The translations under genes and the position numbers were made by a program. From Phoronis australis (Eukaryota > Animalia > Phoronida), in assembly GCA_002633005.1 (NCBI GenBank), contig NMRA01000237.1:372001-436000 (forward strand): 64,000 nt of DNA, given 5' to 3'. The notes below the pieces were generated by a model. That model made no database searches, was not told where the DNA came from, and saw only the letters and a list, made by a program, of their open reading frames with translations. This document shows, piece after piece, positions 1 to 11,658 of this stretch (the first letter of the stretch is position 1; every line of letters starts with the position of its first letter).

Positions 1-95
1 GGCACTTACACGGCTCTGGCAAAGAACTTGAACGGTCAGACCACATGCGCGGCCTCAGTTACCATCAAACGACCAAAGCCAGAAGAAGCACCAAG
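1..95 (+). CDS. Exon (5' truncated by the window): C-terminal half of an Ig domain, GTYTALAKNLNGQTTCAASVTIKRPKPEEAP
   Basis: Frame 1 shows the G-x-Y-T-x-x-A-K-N-x-x-G Ig motif; donor AG|GTAAAA at 96, phase 2. Confidence 0.9.
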
Positions 96-655
96 GTAAA
101 AGTGCTGACATCAGCGGAAATTGAATGGCACTTTTGTCATTTGAGGAACTCTCAGTCGTGCTAAGTTTTTGCAATAACATTTGATTTTTTGTTCGTTCTG
201 AATAGTGCGTTCCTGCAACTACTGAGCCGAATACAACAATGTCCTTTTTGATGATTTTGCATCATGTGTGTTGGTACCGTAACAGAAGTACAATGAAATT
301 TCACCAGTATGGCGGACGTAGGAAGTTTCATTTTCTCCTAGCCATGAAAAGAATGTAGCTCCAAATTAGTGCTTTTCCATTTTCACGTTCTGTACCATAC
401 CAACCACCAGACACTGCTTTGAAAAATTGTTGGCCTTCACAACAATGCCCTTGAAAAATAAGAAAAGAGAAATTTCAAGAAGTATTTTTGTCCAAAATTG
501 GCAAGAGTTTACCGTGCGCGTGTTTTTATTTCAGTCTACTTAAGTACTATTTTTGTTTTCGAATCCAGTTTTAATAGGCCATGCTCACCAATCTGTGAAT
601 TGCAGCACATTCTGACAGCGTTAACTTAATTTTCTTCTAACTGTCTTTTTTTCAG

Positions 656-699
656 ACGACGTTCACGAGGTTCTGTGGACACGGGACTCTCTCTCAAAG
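656..699 (+). CDS. 44-nt linker micro-exon RRRSRGSVDTGLSLK
   Basis: Strong acceptor (ttctaac...tttttttcag) and donor G|GTGGGT. It converts phase 2 to phase 1, which is needed to join exon 1 to the downstream phase-1 exons. Confidence 0.8.
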
Positions 700-721
700 G
701 TGGGTTTTGGAAATGGTTGTC

Positions 722-1381
722 TTAAAGCTGCTATATGCCAGCATTTTGACTAAGAAACAAACATTGATTTAAACCACTTACGTGTATGAAATCTGTCTCA
801 ACATGGTCCTTGCTTTAATGAGAAATGTTTTCTGGGTTTGCACAGAACTGACAGTAGGTTGTTCATTGAGACCATGTTCGGCGCATTACACGTGACAACC
901 CTATTTATGAAGCTTGGTATTGAGCAATGACAAACTGACAATACTCATGAAGCCTTGAAATCATCTCCTATTTGACTAGGCAACAATTTGAGACCAATTT
1001 CGTAACGGTAAAAAGTCTAAATCAAAAGTTGTTTTTTGTGACAAAAGGCAAGTTTAAAGCCGCTATAAACTTCCCTTCTGTCAAACAAGACTTTAGATTC
1101 GTACAGATTTCTGTTATAAAACTAGATGCAGCTTGTTGCCTGTTCTGAGGATAAGTGATTTCTGGGTTCGGAAAATTCCGAGTTCTTCATTGCTTGAAAC
1201 CAGGCTCAAAACAGCATGATTCATGAGGCCAAGCCAATTTAACTGAGCCTGGTCTCAGGCCAGAACAAACTGCCAGTTGTTCACAAGCCCAGAAATCACC
1301 TGCAATCTAACTGAAGAACAAGTTGAGACCATCTAAATCAAAAGTTAGATTTTACGGAATTGCGGTTAGTAACAGCTTTAA
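722..1381. mobile_element. Two adjacent copies of a ~330 bp foldback MITE with TTAA-AG...CT-TTAA ends (Kolobok-like)
   Basis: ttaaagctgctata at 722, ttaaagccgctata at ~1053, and cagctttaa at ~1373-1381; inverted arms around gagcctggtctc. Related copies at ~10775-11060, ~21960-22245, ~30132-30390 and ~33898-34045. Confidence 0.55.
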
Positions 1382-1627
1382 CAAGTTGGCCAAAAACTGA
1401 CACCGTAAAATTATGTCGGTGTAGCCAACAGCAGATTGGCAATTGTTACTAGTTTATTTACTTTCTAAACCTCTGCCTGATGGGATATTTGACCTAGATC
1501 TGTGATAACTACTTTACTTTGCTTCTGGCTGCATCATTAACATTCCTAACTGTTACACAGACTTATATGAAGTGTTGATTATGAATTTGGCATTGTCGCT
1601 CAACTTCCAAGCTCTATCTTTTGACAG

Positions 1628-1650
1628 ACTCAACCAATGTGTTTGATTGA
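1628..1650 (+). CDS. Candidate alternative last exon DSTNVFD*
   Basis: Acceptor ctctatcttttgacag, phase 1 in frame, TGA at 1648-1650; about 1 kb of U-rich UTR-like sequence follows, with AATAAA at 2716. Confidence 0.5.
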
Positions 1651-4600
1651 GTTCCGGGATGTTTTCCTCATAATGGGTAGAGATGTATCCTAACTCATTC
1701 GAAATCCAAACCAGTGCAACGCCCTGGCGCATTAATAAATTATTGCAGTACCAACTGGTAAAAGGAATAAAATACCCTCTTGCATTAAGGGCACCTCTCG
1801 ATCAACCATGCCAATGGGAGTTCAATCCCAGGATTTGAGCTTCACTCAGGTTCTGGGATTTTTGAAAGTTAGGCATCAAAATGGATGTTCAGGAATTAGT
1901 GTACGGCTTTCCATCCTGCTTATATGTTGTTGATTGCATGGTTTTGCTAAAAATGTGTCCGAATTTTATTATTTTCAGATTAGAGATTGTGCAATTCCTG
2001 TCCCGCGTTGAGTTGGCCATGCCAAGGCTTTTTTCTACTAAAATACAACTAAGAGCATGTTAATATGTGTAACATTTTCTTTAGATGTATAAAGTGTAAA
2101 TTTGTAACCTTAGCACATTGTAGTTTAGCAAAATTGAGAAACTTTGTAGTGAAGTGCTGTAGTTTTCATGGGAATATACCAAAATTTTTAACATGATATA
2201 TTTTGAAGAACAAAATTGAGTTTGGTGCTAGCCCAGGAAAGAAATGTTGATTTTGTCACCAGATGGCACTTGAAGCATTATTAATATTTTCTTCTATGCA
2301 ATTTGATATTTTTCAGAAAAGAAGTCAATTTAATGAACTTGTTAATGTTGCGTATAGGAGTTTGTAATACCTGCTAGACTAAGAAGCTTGATCTAGCTTT
2401 TTATTTATTTTCTTAGCTCATTGTTTACTGATCTTTAACATGTTAACAACCCTATCCTGCTTGTGTAACTGGGGATGTTATTTTACAGATTATGAAAAAT
2501 GTACTTTTTATTGTATTTAATAAGGGCATGATTTTGTTTTAGCAGTTAAAAGCAATAATTGTATTAATGCCTTTTTAATGGAGCATGCACCATTTTGAAA
2601 GTGTGACTGCTTGTTTTTTGTAAATGTTTAACAATACACGATATAATGTATGTGACTAACGCATTTTGTAACTTGTTAACCTGAATTGTTAGTGTTTGTT
2701 AGTGCGTAGTGCATTAATAAATGTACTGTCATGATTGGCCATTCTCTTTTGTGAACAACTAAATGTAGGGTTATAGGTGAAGTCTTGAGATGCGTTCTAT
2801 AGAGCAAGGTTCTTGCAAGAAATGTGAGATTACACAAGTCTGCCAGATATTGCCATGCATTACGACCAAAGCTAGTGATCCACTGGCTTTCCCCGTGGTC
2901 TATGGAACACACTAGCCCATGGACCTTTATTCATTTATTGGCACTTTGTTGGCCTGTCTCTAAATTGGGTCCCTTCATAAGGCTAAAGGTACATTTGTGA
3001 CCATTTTTGTCATTTAATACTACACTAGAGTTCATATCAATAACCCTATGCTACTGGATTTTCTGTGACTTTGTTCCATAGAAAAACACCCTGCATTCAT
3101 CACCAGTGGAAGTCGTCTCTGTAACAAAAGAGAGTTTTAGGAACTTGACTCCCTCCTGTCGGCAGAATATTCACAGAGAATTTTGATATAGTCCTCAGTT
3201 GGACACAAAAATCCAAAAATTGTGCCTAAAGACAATGGGAGAGAAAGGGGTTGTCCATTTGAAACTCTTTATTACCCCAAGAGTTGTTTTATATTACATT
3301 ACATAATCAGGTCAAACATGTTAAGTTGTTTTAGCAATATCACTGGATTATGGGCCCATTTTGTCAAACGTTGTACCCCAGCTGTAGCTAAGATGGTCAT
3401 AGGCATGGTATTGCCACCAGGATCAGCGAAACATTTCAACTGATTTTTAAGTTGGTAATTTTTTATATTCAAACTTAAAGACTGCCTTTGGGAGCTGTGC
3501 AAATTAAAGTCAAATTTGGGCCCTCTTAGCTAAGAGAGGACTTGCAACTTCTTTGATAAAACGGGTTTACATGACAATAACATTTCACGTAGTTTTGCAA
3601 AAAACAGCCCAGTGGAAAGACAGGAGAATATTTCACCTTATTTCCAGAAGTTTTGTACCCTTTTTAAAAAATAGCCTTGAAAATTTGAGCCAGGTGGATG
3701 CTTCAAAAACTGTTCGGTAGAAGTAAAAACAACAAACTGAGACCTTACATCGATTATCAGTATCGCCGGGTAGAGCGTGCGTTTTTACCTTTCTTATCAC
3801 ATTTGACGCTTACAACTGTATCATAACGAAGATCTAGCGCACATAAAGTGAATTTCTGAAAATGACACAAAAATAACTATAATAACTCTCACCAAAAACT
3901 GTGAAGTTTGCTGGACGGAACGTTTGTTCAGAAAGCAGACCAGACGCTCAAAATGAACGTTCACAAAGGCGCCCTATCGTCTGCCTGTATTGCGATTTAT
4001 TAGCAATTAGCATATTTCAAATGTGCATAATGCTTCAATTCTGTGCAATTGCATGCGAAGAGGGTCTCGCAAGGCTATTGGAATGTTGCCTGCTACCAGG
4101 TGGTTATCTCTTCCTGCTGCTACGTAGACTTGAGACCTACTTTCTGATCATCACAACTAGTGAACGCTGAATGAATTTGTTCCTCCAACCTGGTTACACA
4201 GACCAGTATCAGATGTCCCATTGACAAAAACTTAAAAAACTATTGGGGTTTCCTGAAAGATTTTTGTCTCTATATCATGAAGTCTAGATATCAAACAGCC
4301 ACGATATCGAAAGAAATAACACCAACAAAGGCATCCAACTACATTTTCCGAGGGCAGCAGACACGAAACTGCGGCACAAAGAAGCATGCTGAACTGCTTC
4401 ATACCGGGGAGACACTCCAGACCTAGGGCGGCAATCAATGCCCGATTGCACGAAACCGTCAGTCCTTGTACTGAAAGAGGACTCAACGAAGTTCCCTAAG
4501 TCGTCTGCGCATTTGTATCGTTCTTTACACTCAAATTTTATGTTTTTCTATAGATTAATCTTTGTTATGAGCCCCTCTTTGATTAATGACATTTTCTAAA

Positions 4601-4862
4601 AACTGATCCCGTAGTTAAATAAAAGTAGATAGGGACTTAGTCCGTTAATCAGGGGCGTTGCACCAAAAGATCCCCTCTTATTGTCACCGTATGTATCAAT
4701 GCAAAAATGACTTAGTAAAGAAAATAGAGCAGCATAAGAAAAGGGAATCGGAACATAAATGCAATGTAAAGTTAATGAACTTAGTTGAGGCTCTATTTGG
4801 ACAGTTACAAGTCTGGCCATTTGGCAGATTCCTCACCCGGAATGGTCCCCTGCATGTTACAG

Positions 4863-5019
4863 CATGGGCGGCGCACCATAGGGGACTGGAGTGGCTATAC
4901 CCCCCACTTTTTTCAGTGCTACGCCGCACATGGTCAAAAGACGGTGCACCACAGGGGGTCTGAGGGGGCTTTAGTCCCCCCCCCCCACACACACTTTTTT
5001 CGGTGCTGCGCCGCCCATG
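4863..5019. mobile_element. Small MITE (hAT-like termini)
   Basis: Perfect 13-bp TIR CATGGGCGGCGCA / TGCGCCGCCCATG; GC-rich interior with C-runs. No clean TSD. Confidence 0.6.
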
Positions 5020-5992
5020 TACAGGTCGCTGTGTAAACGACAATGTTACGAATATTTATATTTCCGCGATTCAGTCGAAAAATACCCCCGTTCTACCTTA
5101 GACTTATTATGAGGCAATTACCACTAGCCATGTCTAACGTTCATGTCAACGTTAATGAGCAAGGCAGGCGTTAATTGCGGGAAATATGACGTTGCATGGG
5201 TTTCCAGAAATGAGACAAGGCAAACATCTTCAATAAATTACTCCTGTCTCCAAAACTGATAAGACCCTCCAGTGTAGGCTTGCACACTCTCGGAGCCTAA
5301 GTATGAATTAGGCCCTCCTTGAATCATTTCAATTTCTCTCATCCAACAACCTCACTCATCCGAAATCCTTTGTTGTACGAATGATATCAATAGCGTTGTC
5401 GCTGCAAAAGTACAATAAGAGTTTATTAGCCATAGTGGAAACAGTGTCGGGTGTCCCTAAGCTATAAAAAGTTTAGGGACTCTGATCGTCACAACTTTCG
5501 AGCCACCCCTCTTTCTCGGTCGCCAGAATTTTTGAGCTACCTCCTCCCGGTGGCCACAACTTTTGAGTGACCCATGAAGCGACGATACAAGACCCTATTT
5601 TGTGCAGAGCTCAGAGCGCTATGTGCTACTTAGCTGGATGAATAACCCTACAATGTTTATAAAGTAACGTTTTGAGTCGTACACCTAACGTAGCTTGGCT
5701 AGCATACAGGAAAATAAAATTGCATCTTTAACCCATGCATCATGGATATATCGGGCACTTTGGGTTGGTGAAATGAAATGGATCGTTTGTTTATTCCGAT
5801 CCAGTTACTTCACTTATTGAAAAGTTAAATAGTACCTGCCAGAAGAAAATTTAATACGCGCCCAAATCTTCCAACGAATCTCCAAACTAAAATGTATGAA
5901 GTTCGGACTGTCTATGGGAAGGCCGGACTCGTGGGAAGGACAGCTCTTGTGATAGGACGGACGGGGCGAAAAATAGGAATGATGGATGAGAA

Positions 5993-6014
5993 ATGGGCTG
6001 GAAGGGGTTCTGGC
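5993..6014 (+). CDS. Candidate alternative first coding exon MGWKGFW(Q)
   Basis: ATG in good Kozak context (GaaATGG) and a consensus donor C|GTAAGT at 6015, in phase 1 and compatible with exon 8176. Confidence 0.3.
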
Positions 6015-6253
6015 GTAAGTTTTTCTTAGATCGTATCACTGAACATCATTGAATCGCGTGTCGAACTTTAAAATTTTATTCATTTTACCGTCACAGTACT
6101 AAAGATGTACGCCAAGCCAAAAACTAGAAAGTTAAATTTCATGCAAAAAATCAGGTCCTGAAAATACGTGGTTCGTCCCTCATTCCACGCATTTATTTTG
6201 GTTTGCTAACACTGCCTAATGTAAGAGACTTTTACTCCCAGCAAAGTGCTCCA

Positions 6254-7580
6254 TTTTTATGCGCCCACATATTTATATGTGGACGCATTATGCCGTCATC
6301 TCCGTCCGTCCGTCAGTCCGTCAGGGCGGCGTCCGTCCGTCCGGTGTCCGCTGCTCTATCTCCAAAACCCTTTGACATACGTTCATGAAATTTGGCACAT
6401 GTATTCCATTCACGAATGGGACGGCATGAGCGAACTTTCGGACGGATCCGACTATCGGTGTGCCCCCTAGTGGCAGTTTTAGTTTTTTACGCTTACCTTT
6501 GTATCTTCAAAAGTCCTGAACGGATTTTCATGAAATTTGGTATATATATTAGTGAGATGACGCTATCCTCTCGTTTTCGGATGGATTCGACGTAGTTTGC
6601 GCTTCCTAGTGGCCATTTTTACTATTTTCGAGTCTGTTTTTTTTTGCGTCCACCTCTCTATCAACCAAACCGCTCAAAGGATATAATTGTCAAAATTGGC
6701 ATGTATGTGCTTACTATGCAGAGGACGGTTGACGATGATTTTCCGACGATTTCGACTACTGTGGCACCTCCTAGTGGCAGTTTTTTTTTTTTTTTTGCGC
6801 CTATGGCTGTATCTCCTAAACCGTTCGCAGGATCTTTCCNCTAAACCGTTCGCAAGATCTTTACGAATTTAGTAAGTGTATTTATATGATGTTAGCAATG
6901 GACGACGACGACGTTTGGACAGATCTGACTACTGCTGTGCCCCCTAGTGGCAATTTTAATTTTTTACGTTTAACTCAGTATCTTCAAAGGTCCTCAACAG
7001 ATTTTCATAGAATTTTAAATATAGGCATCTATTGGTGTGATGACGCTATCTTCCTGTTTTTGTATGGAATCGAGGTATTTTGCACCACCTAGTGGCCTTT
7101 TTTGCTGTTTTCAAATCTTGTTTTTGGTGTCCACCCCTGTATCAACCAAATCATTTGAAAATTGGCATATATGTTCTCAGTGTGAAGATGACCTTTGATG
7201 ATGGTGACTGACTACTGTGGCGCCTCCTAGTGGTAGTTTTGTTTTGCACCCATAGTTGTATCTCCTAAACCCACTACAGGATCTTTACTAAGCGTATTTA
7301 TATGAACATAACAACAGACGACGACGACGACGACGACTTTCAGGAGGATCCAACGGACATAGTGCCCACTAGTGGCAATTTTGTTTTATTCTGTTTTCCT
7401 TTGCTTCTCTGAAGTTCCTTGACATAATTTTATGAAATATCGCATGTTCCTGTTTTTGAATGGATTGTATGTTTTTGCGCTATCTAGTGGCCATTTCTAT
7501 GATACAAATAAATAACCCTAAAAGCACACCATTTGTAATGCATTCGTGGGCGCATTCCAACGCTGCGCGTTGCACTTGTT
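6254..7580 (+). mobile_element. Non-autonomous Helentron-type element (HINE/DINE-1-like)
   Basis: 5' subTIR ATGCGCCCAC (6259) with a nearby partial inverted copy (6279), a (TCCG)n microsatellite at ~6300, central ~140-170 bp repeats, 3' subTIR GTGGGCGCAT (7546), terminal hairpin CAACGC-tgc-GCGTTG, and T-rich ends. Confidence 0.8.
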
Positions 7581-7825
7581 AACTGATGATCTTAATTATC
7601 ATTACATTGACGCTCGGCAGGTGGGGTTATAGCAGCTTCAGCTAATCGTCAAATACTATAGTATCTTTTTTCAAACTTAGGAGCTGAAGGAAATCTAAGT
7701 AAAGACGAAAAAATCTTTTTCCATTCAAAATGTAGGGCTACAAACTCTTGAAATCTTGACCTTCCGACGTCCCCGCAAATACATCAATGGTATTACAGTC
7801 AGTTACACAAATGGGGCCCATAGTA

Positions 7826-7965
7826 TAGTGCTTTAGTGGTAAAATTAGAGGTAAGTAAGCGCCCGAAGCGCACCATAACGTAACTTACGGTGCGTAGTCG
7901 CTACGTTCAAATGCCAAAAGGTGGTTGGCGGCGCCTACGTGCGCTTACGCCCCACTACAGCACTG
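7826..7965. mobile_element. Small hAT-like MITE
   Basis: TIR TAGTGCTTTAGTGG / CCACTACAGCACTG; flanking 8-mers CCATAGTA / CCTTAGTT match at 6 of 8 positions (degenerate TSD). Confidence 0.6.
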
Positions 7966-8175
7966 CCTTAGTTAAGTAATGATCTTCCTAATACAAGACA
8001 CAAGAAACCGTAATTCAAAATTTATGCAAAAACGCGCTTACAAAACCTTCCAGGGGTTTTCCAGAAGTTCTGAATTCGCAACAAGTATTTGACATGACGA
8101 ATGATAATGTACATTATCTAACCTTATAACACAGTTGTACCAAAATCACATACACACCTACACATGCTGTTTTAG

Positions 8176-8385
8176 AACCAGCAGTGGAGCCAACCAAAGT
8201 TACTCCCGTGGCTGTATCACCGCCCAGAGAAGAGGAACCCGATGGGCGAACTCCACACTTCACACTGAAGTTGAAGAACCAGACGGTCGAGACGAACAGC
8301 ATTGCCAAGTTGTCTGTGAAGGTCTCGGGGTCACCCGAACCTGAACTGACATGGTATAAAGATGGACAGGAGATAATTGAAGATG
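8176..8385 (+). CDS. Exon: Pro/Glu linker plus Ig N-half (PHFTLKLKNQTV...VSGSPEPELTWYKDG)
   Basis: tttag acceptor, G|GTAAAT donor, phase 1-1, I-set motif. Confidence 0.93.
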
Positions 8386-9166
8386 GTAAATAATTCTTCT
8401 CCATATAGACGCATGCTATCATTGCTCCTCCCAGCTGCGCTTAGTGTTACGGTAAATCAAATTTTGAACTAAATAAAAAAATCTAAATTCTTAAAACCTC
8501 GAGTCCTCTTCATGAAAAGAATGTTGGACTCACGCTTTCACTTCACAATTACTAAATAAGGTTTTTGCCATGAGTTTGTTAGTACATTACAGTTAAGAGA
8601 TAATTTATAGGTGTAATCAAAACAACCAGCTGCTATGGTTCTATTGTGAGAGACCTCATACGGCCTTTGCTAAGGTGAGATCAAATACGCCCAGATGTAA
8701 TGCTTTTTAGGGCTTTCTGAGCTTAACTGTTATTGATGTACATTGCATTTTTCGTAATAAACATTGAGGAAAAGATCAAAAAATATTTCGGAAATAGTTT
8801 TATGAAGCGTAAAACGCAATTCTGACTAATGAAGCGGACTACAGAAATAACGGAAAAATATTTCAACTAGAATAAATTTATTTGGGGCACTTCTATCTAC
8901 CCCTTCATTTTGGTACATTTTCACTAAGATTATTCAAATCAGGGTATCCAGCGCGAGTTAATTTGTCCTTCATTATTAGCTCAGTTTGCTGGCCCTTACC
9001 GAGCAACTGTCGTCAAAAAATATTTGGTGAAATTTCAATTATTTTTAGTCCTTGACCCGATTTTCGAAGAATAAAGACATCCATTTTGGCAACTATTCGC
9101 GAAGACTTACCCAAGTCAGGATACTAATGGAGCTAACGTATAGGCGCTTCTCTCTCTCTTTCCCAG

Positions 9167-9307
9167 ATGATTATGAAATGTTCATGGAAGATGGTAGTTA
9201 CAACCTGGAGATTTACGATATCCAGGATGTACATTCTGGTGCATACAGTGTGTCAGCCAAAAACGAATTTGGAAGTGCCGTCTGCAAATGTACACTCAGC
9301 GTGAGAG
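9167..9307 (+). CDS. Exon: Ig C-half (YNLEIYDIQDVHSGAYSVSAKNEFGSAVCKCTLSVR)
   Basis: Polypyrimidine tract plus cag, G|GTAGGT donor, phase 1-1. Confidence 0.93.
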
Positions 9308-9962
9308 GTAGGTGCAATGGATTTTTACTGACGTAAGCAAAATTTAAAGAACGTACGAGTAACACGTGTATGCCTATACATGTGATCCAATAGTGCGTGT
9401 ATGCTTTTGTCTCCTTTGACCCAGAACTCAATACAAATATATTCCATTGGATTTCCTAAGTTGGAGATCAGATTAAAGTTTATATTCTCTACAAACTTCA
9501 AACCCCATATGCTGATTCTTTATTTAGCTGTGCAGATTTTTTATTTAGTTGATTTTCCGTGCAAAGCTAGTCAACTGAGTGGCTTAGGGTCACTGCAGTG
9601 GTTTGAGATGTGCCATGATGCCGCGTTGGGTTATGTTTTACTGAAATCAGCGTTTATGTGAAGGATCTGAAAAACTTTGGTTGGTATAGCTGAAAAAGGA
9701 TAATAACGATTCCGGTTCACTTAGAAAGGTACTTTGATTGAACATGTATTAACCATTGCACGTGACACGTGTTCAACACTTGAACTTTCGAGGTATAACA
9801 GCATATGGGAAGGACGAAAACGGTACGTCCCGGCAGTTTTGTTTTCTGAGTAACCTAGCGATCAAGAATTTTCCATATTTTGAGGTAACAGTCTCAGTAA
9901 CATTTCTCTTGGTCACAATGAGCAGTTGGCTAATTGACTCCCATAAGTTTTGTGTATTTTAG

Positions 9963-10083
9963 ATGGCAGCCAGCGAGAGGCACCACAGTTCATCTCGCCT
10001 TTGCAGGACGTAACGGTGCCGGAAGGAACTGTTGCCAAGTTTCAGTGCGAAGTGACTGGAACACCACTACCCAGAGTCGAATG
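9963..10083 (+). CDS. Exon: Ig N-half (APQFISPLQDVTVPEGTVAKFQCEVTGTPLPRVEW)
   Basis: Translated by hand (not in the ORF track); ttttag acceptor, TG|GTAGGT donor, phase 1-2. Confidence 0.93.
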
Positions 10084-10774
10084 GTAGGTGACAGTCCCCC
10101 GAAGAGATGAAGATGGTGATTTCAGTAAAGTGGGACATGAAATAAACATCTACGAAAGAGTTTGACTTGTTCTCATAAGCTGTCACGAAATGTGTCCTCA
10201 CGTTATGACTGGATACTGTTGTTAAAGTTATAGTGATCCCTGTGTCCTCATCAATAAGTTCTTAAAACTTAGGCAGTAGCAATTGGTATCGATAAATCCA
10301 GGATATTTGAGAAATCCAAAGATATATAATTTCCAGAAACGAAAAAATCTCCAGTTGGTTGTAAATTTGAAAGTTGTGCTCATGATTTCAAAATACAAAT
10401 GTGTTTTCTGCTGTGTGTAGAAATACATTACACAATTGTTCCCATATTTTTCTTCCAAACTCAACAATTATCAAATCTAATCATGAAAAAAGCCTAAAGG
10501 GTGCAACTGACCCTGGCATGTGTCTATCCATAAGATTGCTCAAAAACACAATTGCATTTGAAATCTGTTTTGGCTCCTTAAAAACCACCAACTCTAAACT
10601 CAATATCTCCAGAACAGAAATCCGTGACTGAAATCCTAGAATTTGTATCTTGCACCTTTGCTTAAACAGAAAATGATGTGCATATCATCATGCGTAAATA
10701 TTTTGTTGTTATGTAGTTTGAACAGTCAGAGGGACGACTACTGAAGCGGCCATGAAGCTGCGATCGTCGAAGGA

Positions 10775-11060
10775 AATGACTTTTGATTTTCACCACTCAA
10801 CACTCAAAAATTGGTCTTGACTTGTATCTTACTCAGATGCGAAGTGCCTTTTGTTCATGCACAGAACTGACAATTCGTTATTGCTGGACACGGCTTGGCA
10901 AATTAAATGACATGGCGTGACATGTCAGTTCGTTGAGCCTGGTCTCGAGCAACAGTCATCTTTCAGTTTATTCCGAGCCCAGAAATTGCATTTGGAATTA
11001 TTTGAGACCAATTTCACACTGGTAAGTGGTCTAAATCACAAGTTGGTTTTCAGCAGCTTG
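10775..11060. mobile_element. Copy of the foldback MITE family
   Basis: Shares acttttgattt...ggtct...cagaactgaca...gagcctggtctcgagcaa...gagacca...tctaaatca with 722-1381. Confidence 0.55.
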
Positions 11061-11485
11061 TGGCCGCGTGAACCCCAAATATCTTTCCACTGACTGGAAG
11101 CAAGTGGGGACAACCTGGTGTGATGTTAATTTCAGTACAGTGTATTTGTTTACCATACAATATCTCAGCAACGGTATAACAAGTAAATCATGGATGAATG
11201 TGACGAAATACGAAGTTTCGTTAAGCACACAACTGTCTGTCTAACATTATGGAGTCAGTCACATCTTGCATCAGGTGTCAATTTATACTGTGATTGTCCC
11301 AAGCTTTAGGTACCAAGAAAAATAAACAAAGTCAATAATTCTGGCGTCGTGTTCAAATAACATATTATGATTAGTACAATGATTGTTATTAAATCAATTG
11401 TCACATCCATTACGATATCTTGTTTGTAACCACAACTGTAATTCAAGTCTGTGGTCCCAACAAGGGTGTCTTTTATCTGCTTTAG

Positions 11486-11658
11486 GTTCAAAGATGATAG
11501 GAAACTGTCCACTGGTAAGAACCTGAGAATCTCAGAAGATGGCGCTCTACACACTTTAACTATTCCCAAAGCCCAGAGAGTGGATCAGGGGCACTACGTC
11601 GCCATAGCAACCAGCCACACTGGGGAGGACTCCACCTCTGCAGAACTCATTGTTGATG
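11486..11658 (+). CDS. Exon: Ig C-half (FKDDRKL...HTLTIPKAQRVDQGHYVAIATSHTGEDSTSAELIVD)
   Basis: Phase 2-1 completes the split Trp codon; G|GTATGC donor. Confidence 0.93.

Noticed and set aside
6203-7092. Cluster of short + strand ORFs
   Set aside because: They fall inside the non-autonomous Helentron-type element and its microsatellite, with no Rep/helicase motifs.
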